Of a stretch of 64,000 bases of DNA, positions 59,272-64,000 are shown piece after piece. The notes beneath the pieces are model-generated. The model saw nothing but the letters and a program-made list of their open reading frames with translations, searched no databases and was not told where the DNA came from. Each line of letters begins with the position of its first letter. Within the stretch, counting starts at the first letter, position 1. This stretch comes from an uncultured Actinomycetota bacterium (GTDB taxonomy: Bacteria > Actinomycetota > Actinomycetes > Propionibacteriales > Nocardioidaceae), in contig CAVXBM010000016.1 of assembly GCA_963759965.1 (NCBI GenBank), positions 65,033 through 129,032 on the forward strand. The letters are read 5' to 3'. The translations under genes and the position numbers were made by a program.

Positions 59272-59712
59272 CTACTCCCAGTGGGTGGCGTAGACGAAGC
59301 CCACGGCCATGAAGCCGATGCCGACCAGGAGGTTGTTGTTGCCGAGGTCCTGGATGACCGGGATGTTCGCGCTCTGGCTGGTCATGTAGTAGACGACGAT
59401 CCAGACCAGGCCGACGAGGAACGAGCCGAGCATGCCGACCACGACCCCGCGGCCCTGGCCGAGCGGGGTGCCGGGGTTCGCGGCGAGGATCAGGCCGAGG
59501 AAGATCGCGCCGAAGCCGATCAGGAAGTTCCAGTCGCCGAGGTCGCCGAGCAGCTTCGGGGTGCCGTCGTCCATCACGGCCGACAGGTAGTAGGCGACGT
59601 ACGCGATCCCGACGACGGCCAGGACCAGGCACAGCGCGGTCCGCGGGACGGAGAGCCGTCCTCCGTGGGCCTCGGCCTGCTGCCGGGTGGCGGCGCTGCG
59701 GGGCTTGCTCAC
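59272..59712 (-). CDS. crgA: Cell division protein CrgA, internally duplicated (4 TM, 146 aa)
   Basis: GTG start. The second half ..LVGLVWIVVYYMTSQSANIPVIQDLGNNNLLVGIGFMAVGFVYATHWE has the canonical CrgA shape. The first half repeats the pattern. Confidence 0.8.
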   Translation of the reverse strand: MSKPRSAATRQQAEAHGGRLSVPRTALCLVLAVVGIAYVAYYLSAVMDDGTPKLLGDLGDWNFLIGFGAIFLGLILAANPGTPLGQGRGVVVGMLGSFLVGLVWIVVYYMTSQSANIPVIQDLGNNNLLVGIGFMAVGFVYATHWE

Positions 59713-59804
59713 GACGTGCTCCTCGGGGACTTCGACGGGGACCGTTCGGCCGACTTTCGTCGGCTAGCGTAGTCGGGACCCTCTGATTCTCAGGCAGGAG
59801 CACC

Positions 59805-60641
59805 GTGGGCGACACGACCGACGACGGTCACGAGCCGACCTCGCACCGGCTGCCACGACCAGCCTGGTGGCGACGCGTGGTCCGCGCGGAGGAGCGCCGC
59901 GCCGGTCAGCGGGGACTGCGGTCGTGGACCTGGCGCGTCGCGACGCCGGTGGCGTTCATCGCCGCCGGGGCTCTGCTGGTCGCCAGCCAGATCAACGCCG
60001 GGGGCACCGACCTCCGGCCCGGGCGGTACGACGACCTGGCGGACCTGGCCAAGGAGCAGAGCGCCCGGCTCCAGGGGCTCCGCACGGAGGTCGCCGGGCT
60101 CAACCACGAGATCGAGGGCCTCACCGCCGGTCTCGGCAACACCGGGCTCGCCAACGCGCAGGCCCGCATCGACCGGCTCAAGGGCCCGGCGGGACTGACG
60201 GCGGTCAACGGGCCGGGACTGACGGTCACCCTCGACGACGCACCGAAGTCCATCCGCGCGTCGGTCAGCGAGGAGGACCAGCGTGAGGTGATCGTCCACC
60301 AGCAGGACATCCAGGCCGTCGCCAACGCCCTGTGGGCCGGCGGAGCCGAGGCGATGACCATCCAGGGCCAGCGGATGGTCTCCACGACCGGGATCAAGTG
60401 CGTCGGCAACACCGTGATCCTGCACGGCATCCCCTACTCCCCGCCGTACGTCATCTCGGCGATCGGCGACCAGGACTCCCTGGGCCGCAGCCTCGACGCC
60501 AGCGGCTACGTGCAGGCCTACCTCCAGGACGTCGACGCCTACCAGCTCGGCTGGGAGGTCGACAGCGAGGACGACCTGGCCATGCCGGCCTACGAGGGCA
60601 GCATGGAGATGCGCTACGCCCGCCCCGCCACGGGGTCCTAG
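59805..60641 (+). CDS. DUF881 membrane protein (Rv0012-position)
   Basis: ..GPGLTVTLDDAP..VHQQDIQAVANALWAGGAEAMTIQGQR..YSPPYVISAIGD... Confidence 0.85.
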   Translation: MGDTTDDGHEPTSHRLPRPAWWRRVVRAEERRAGQRGLRSWTWRVATPVAFIAAGALLVASQINAGGTDLRPGRYDDLADLAKEQSARLQGLRTEVAGLNHEIEGLTAGLGNTGLANAQARIDRLKGPAGLTAVNGPGLTVTLDDAPKSIRASVSEEDQREVIVHQQDIQAVANALWAGGAEAMTIQGQRMVSTTGIKCVGNTVILHGIPYSPPYVISAIGDQDSLGRSLDASGYVQAYLQDVDAYQLGWEVDSEDDLAMPAYEGSMEMRYARPATGS

Positions 60642-60657
60642 AGCGGTCGGTCGCCGG

Positions 60658-62438
60658 TCAGCCCTCGTCCGGACCGACGGTGCCGCCGATCCCGTCGGGT
60701 GACTCCGTCGGTGTGCCGGTCGGTGTCTCCGTCGGCGTCTCGGTCGGTGTCTCCGTCGGGGTCTCCGACGGCTCCTCGTAGCTCGACACCGTGATCGTCA
60801 CCGTCGAGCCGCGGGGTGCCTCGGTGAGGCCCTCGGGATCCTGCTCGAGGACCGTCCCGCTCTCGGACGGTGTCTGGTCGTCGAACTCCACCGCGACCTC
60901 GAAGCCTGCTCTCCGGAGCTTCGCCTCGGCCTCGTCCTGCTGGAGGCCGACGACATTGGGCACCTCGACCGGCCCGTTCGAGAGGAGACGGTCACCGACG
61001 ACCCGGTGGCCACCGAGCTCGCCGGCGACGGGGTTCTGAGTCGATCGCGGTCCCGCGCGGCTCGTCGGAGTCGACGTTGCGGAACTCGGCGACGAGGCCC
61101 GCGTCGTCGAGCTTCTGCGGACGCCTCGGCCCGCGTGGACCCGACGACGTAGGGCACCACCGACTGCTTCGAGCCCGCGGAGACCTCGACGTCGACGGTC
61201 GAGTCGACGGCCACCGTCTCGCCCGGCTTCGGTGACTGGGACACGATGCGTCCGGTCGGGACGGTGTCGGAGTTGACGCGGTCGACCTCTCCGATCTTGA
61301 GGTTCTCCTGCTCGAGGCGGTCCGTGGCGGCTCGCAAGGTCATGTTCGTGACCTGCGGGACCTGCGTCTCCTTCTCGCCACCGAACAGCTGCAGGCCCAC
61401 GGCGATCGCCGCAGCGAGGAGGGCCAGGATCACGAGCACGAGGACGACGAGCGGCCAGCGTCGACGCCGCTCCTCCTCGGGCTCGTCCTCCGTGTCCGTC
61501 GTCGACCGGAAGATCGAGGTCTGCGGCTCCTCGGCCGCGACGACAGGGGCGGCCACGACGGTGGGGGCGTCCAGAGGCTGCCCGTCGAGGTAGCGCTGGA
61601 TGTCGGTCCGCATCTCCGCGGCGCTCTGGTAGCGGTCGTCGACCTTCTTGGCGAGCGCCTTCATCACGATCGCGTCGAGCTCGACGGGGAGCTCCGGGTT
61701 GTGCGTGCGCGGGGGGTCGGCCTGCTCGCGGACGTGCTGGTAGGCCACCGAGAACGGGCTGTCACCGACGAACGGCGGGCGCCCGGTGAGCAGCTCGTAG
61801 AGCAGGCAGCCGGTGGAGTAGACGTCGCTGCGGGAGTCGACGGTCTCGCCACGCGCCTGCTCGGGGGAGAGGTACTGCGCGGTGCCGACCACGGCGGAGG
61901 TCTGGGTCATCGTCGAGGTGCCGTCGGCGATCGCGCGGGCGATGCCGAAGTCCATGACCTTGACCTCGCCGCTCGGGGTGAGCATCACGTTGGCGGGCTT
62001 GATGTCGCGGTGGATGATCCCGGCGCGGTGGCTGTAGTCGAGGGCGGCGAGCACGCCGCTGGTGATCTCCAGGGCCCGCTCCGGGAGGAGCTTGCGTCCG
62101 TCGTTGAGCACGTCTCGCAGGGTCCGCCCCGCGACGTACTCCATGACGATGTAGGGCTGGACGTGCGTGCCGTCCGGCGCCATCTCCTCGCCCGTGTCGT
62201 AGACCGAGACGATGTTCGGGTGGTTGAGCCCGGCAGCTGCCTGGGCCTCGCGGCGGAAGCGCGCCTGGAAGGTCGGGTCGGTCGCGAGGTCGGTCCGCAG
62301 CCGCTTGATCGCGACGGTCCGGCCGAGCCGGATGTCGGTGCCGCGCCTGACCTCGGCCATGCCGCCGCGACCGAGGAGGTCGGCGATCTCGTAGCGTCCG
62401 CCGACGCGCGGCTTGCCGCTGTTGGTCGTGTCGTCCAT
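60658..62438 (-). pseudogene. pknB: Ser/Thr protein kinase PknB (kinase-TM-3 PASTA), frame broken 2-3 times in PASTA-2
   Basis: Kinase motifs GRGGMAEV, VAIKRL, HRDIKPANVM, DFGIARA, SPEQARG. PASTA-1 is in the frame of ORF ..63224. PASTA-3 and the tail are in the frame of ORF 60658..60963. The middle part QKLDDAGLVAEFRNVDSDEPRGTAID is in the third frame. Confidence 0.85.
60705..60770 (-). repeat. 12/24-nt tandem repeats encoding (TPTE)n in the PknB tail
   Basis: GGTGTCTCCGTCGGCGTCTCGGTC / GGTGTCTCCGTCGGGGTCTCCGAC encodes ETPTETPTETPTETPTGTPTE. Confidence 0.8.
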
Positions 62439-62449
62439 GCTCCCAGCCC

Positions 62450-63862
62450 CTACCCTCGACCGCGCTTGTCGTGGCCCTTGCCGTCCTTGCCGGGACCCTT
62501 GCCCGGCTTCTCCTCCTTGGGCGCCTTGCCCCACACCTCGACGGTGACGTCCGAGCCACGCTCGACCTCGCCCGTCGGGCTCACCGCCGCGACGGTGCCG
62601 TCCTTCTCGTCGCCCGGGTTCTCCCGCTCGGTGAGCACGGGGTTCAGCCCCGCCTCCCGCAGCTGCTTCTCCGCTTCGGGCGCCTTGAGCCCGACGTACG
62701 TCGCCGGGTCGACCGTCACGGTGTCGGCCGCCGGCGACTCCTCGTCCGACGTGTTCGAGGCGGCGCCGGTCGTGGTCGTGCTGGACGCACCGGCCGACGG
62801 CCCTGAGGTCGGTCCCGCCGACGGCCCGGCGCTGGTGTCGTCGTCGTTGCCCGACAGCAGCTGTCCGGCTGCGAACGCGACCACGACGAGCGCGAGCACG
62901 GCGAGCCCGCCGAGCAGGACGCCTCGCGGCACGGGCTGCCGGGGTGTCGTCGTCGCCGGTCCGATGGTCGTGGGCGGGCCGTCGACGGCCGTCGTCGCGG
63001 GCATGACCGTGGTGCGCACGTCGGCGGCCTCGCCGCGCAGGGCGGCCGCCATCTCGGCGGCGCTCGCGAAGCGCTGGTCCGGGTCCTTCTCGGTGGCCCG
63101 CGCCGCGATGTCGCGCAAGTGCTGGGGGACGTCGTCGGGGATCGGCGGGAGCGGGTCGCGGACCTGCATGAGCGCGGTGGCGACCGGGGACTCCCCGACG
63201 AACGGCTTGTGGCCGGTGAGGCACTCGAAGAGCACGATGCCGAGGGAGTAGACGTCGCTCGCCGGGATCGAGCCCTTGCCCTCCGCCTGCTCAGGGGCGA
63301 GGTAGTGCGGGGTGCCGACGAGGTGACCGGTGACGGTGAGCGGCAACGCGTCGGCGGCGCGGGCGATGCCGAAGTCGGTGACCTTGACCCGGCCCTCGGG
63401 CGTCACCAGGAGGTTGCCGGGCTTGACGTCGCGGTGCACGATCCCGAGCACGTGGGCAGCCTCGATGCCCTCGGCCGCCTGGGCGATGAGGTCGGCCGCG
63501 ACCTGCGGCTCGAGCGGTCGCTGGTCGACGAGCAGCGCGGACAGCGGCTGACCGTGCACCCGCTCCATCACCAGGTACGGCTGCGGAGACCCGTCCTCCT
63601 CGTCGCGGCGGGGGAGCTCGCCGTAGTCGAGGACGGCGGCGACGTGCGGGTGGCTGAGGGCCGCGGCGTGGCGCGCCTCGGCGGCGAATCGGGCGCGGAA
63701 CACCGGGTCGTCGGCGTGCTCGCGCTTGAGCACCTTCACCGCGACCTCGCGCTCCAGCACCGTGTCCGTGGCCGACCACACCTCACCCATGCCGCCGACC
63801 GCGATGAGGCTGTCCAGCTGGTAGCGGGGGTGCTGGAGCGGTGCGGTGCCGCCGGGGCTCAT
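62450..63862 (-). CDS. pknA: Ser/Thr protein kinase at the PknA position, with TM and one C-terminal PASTA-like domain
   Basis: [39 protein letters not shown] segment [20 protein letters not shown]-terminus [51 protein letters not shown]. Confidence 0.88.
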   Translation of the reverse strand: MSPGGTAPLQHPRYQLDSLIAVGGMGEVWSATDTVLEREVAVKVLKREHADDPVFRARFAAEARHAAALSHPHVAAVLDYGELPRRDEEDGSPQPYLVMERVHGQPLSALLVDQRPLEPQVAADLIAQAAEGIEAAHVLGIVHRDVKPGNLLVTPEGRVKVTDFGIARAADALPLTVTGHLVGTPHYLAPEQAEGKGSIPASDVYSLGIVLFECLTGHKPFVGESPVATALMQVRDPLPPIPDDVPQHLRDIAARATEKDPDQRFASAAEMAAALRGEAADVRTTVMPATTAVDGPPTTIGPATTTPRQPVPRGVLLGGLAVLALVVVAFAAGQLLSGNDDDTSAGPSAGPTSGPSAGASSTTTTGAASNTSDEESPAADTVTVDPATYVGLKAPEAEKQLREAGLNPVLTERENPGDEKDGTVAAVSPTGEVERGSDVTVEVWGKAPKEEKPGKGPGKDGKGHDKRGRG

Positions 63863-64000
63863 GGGTTGATCACGGCTTCCATCACCCGCTTGGCGATCGG
63901 TGCGGCGAGGCCGCTGCCGGAGATCGCGTCGCGGTCGACGCCCGCGTCCTGGACGAGGACCGCCACCGCGACCTGCGGGTCGTCGGCGGGTGCGAAGGAC
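63859..64000 (-). CDS. pbpA: Penicillin-binding protein A (transpeptidase), C-terminal fragment; 5' end outside the window
   Basis: The minus-strand translation ends ..[45 protein letters not shown]. Its stop overlaps the pknA ATG (ATGA). Confidence 0.75.
   Translation of the reverse strand, partial: SFAPADDPQVAVAVLVQDAGVDRDAISGSGLAAPIAKRVMEAVINP

Overview
Very GC-rich (~70%+) window with the gene order of an actinobacterial chromosomal origin region; the content suggests Nocardioidaceae/Propionibacteriales, but taxonomy cannot be proven from the sequence alone. The core is rpmH-rnpA-yidD-yidC-jag-rsmG-parA-parB on the minus strand. It faces dnaA-oriC-dnaN-gnd-recF-DUF721(DciA-like)-gyrB-gyrA-DUF3566-tRNA-Ile-(DLW-39 micro-ORF)-tRNA-Ala on the plus strand. 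The left arm holds a ponA1-like PBP, PadR, ino1, an MFS transporter, an SRPBCC/hemerythrin/SARP-ATPase block, AIM24 and a secreted protease-like protein. It continues with cca, DUF6049, murJ, a pseudokinase, ECF sigma/anti-sigma, trxB-trxA, cwlM, GNAT, an aminotransferase, ddl, plsC and a DUF445 operon. The right arm holds an SDR, an orphan LuxR regulator, MpaB/TetR, SURF1, DUF3817, ppiA, rhomboid, crgA, DUF881, pknB, a pknA-like kinase and the 3' end of pbpA. I saw no CRISPR array, integrase, transposase or prophage. Most long alternative-frame or antisense ORFs in the track are GC artefacts. Main observations: (1) A ~90-nt intergenic element occurs three times, always between convergent genes. 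It has two invariant 22-nt blocks and a closing stem that differs between copies yet stays complementary, which suggests an undescribed structured RNA or REP-like element. (2) DnaA-box clusters lie outside oriC, upstream of parA and in the rhomboid/crgA spacer. (3) A 20-bp TTGTCGACAA-centred palindrome downstream of parB has two half-site copies inside the dnaA linker. (4) Frame disruptions occur in ponA, pknB (2-3), SURF1 (G6 run) and probably the 5' end of the hemerythrin gene; these are either sequence errors or real pseudogenes. (5) CrgA is internally duplicated and has 4 TM segments. (6) Five genes are inserted between parB and the GNAT/cwlM genes relative to the mycobacterial order.
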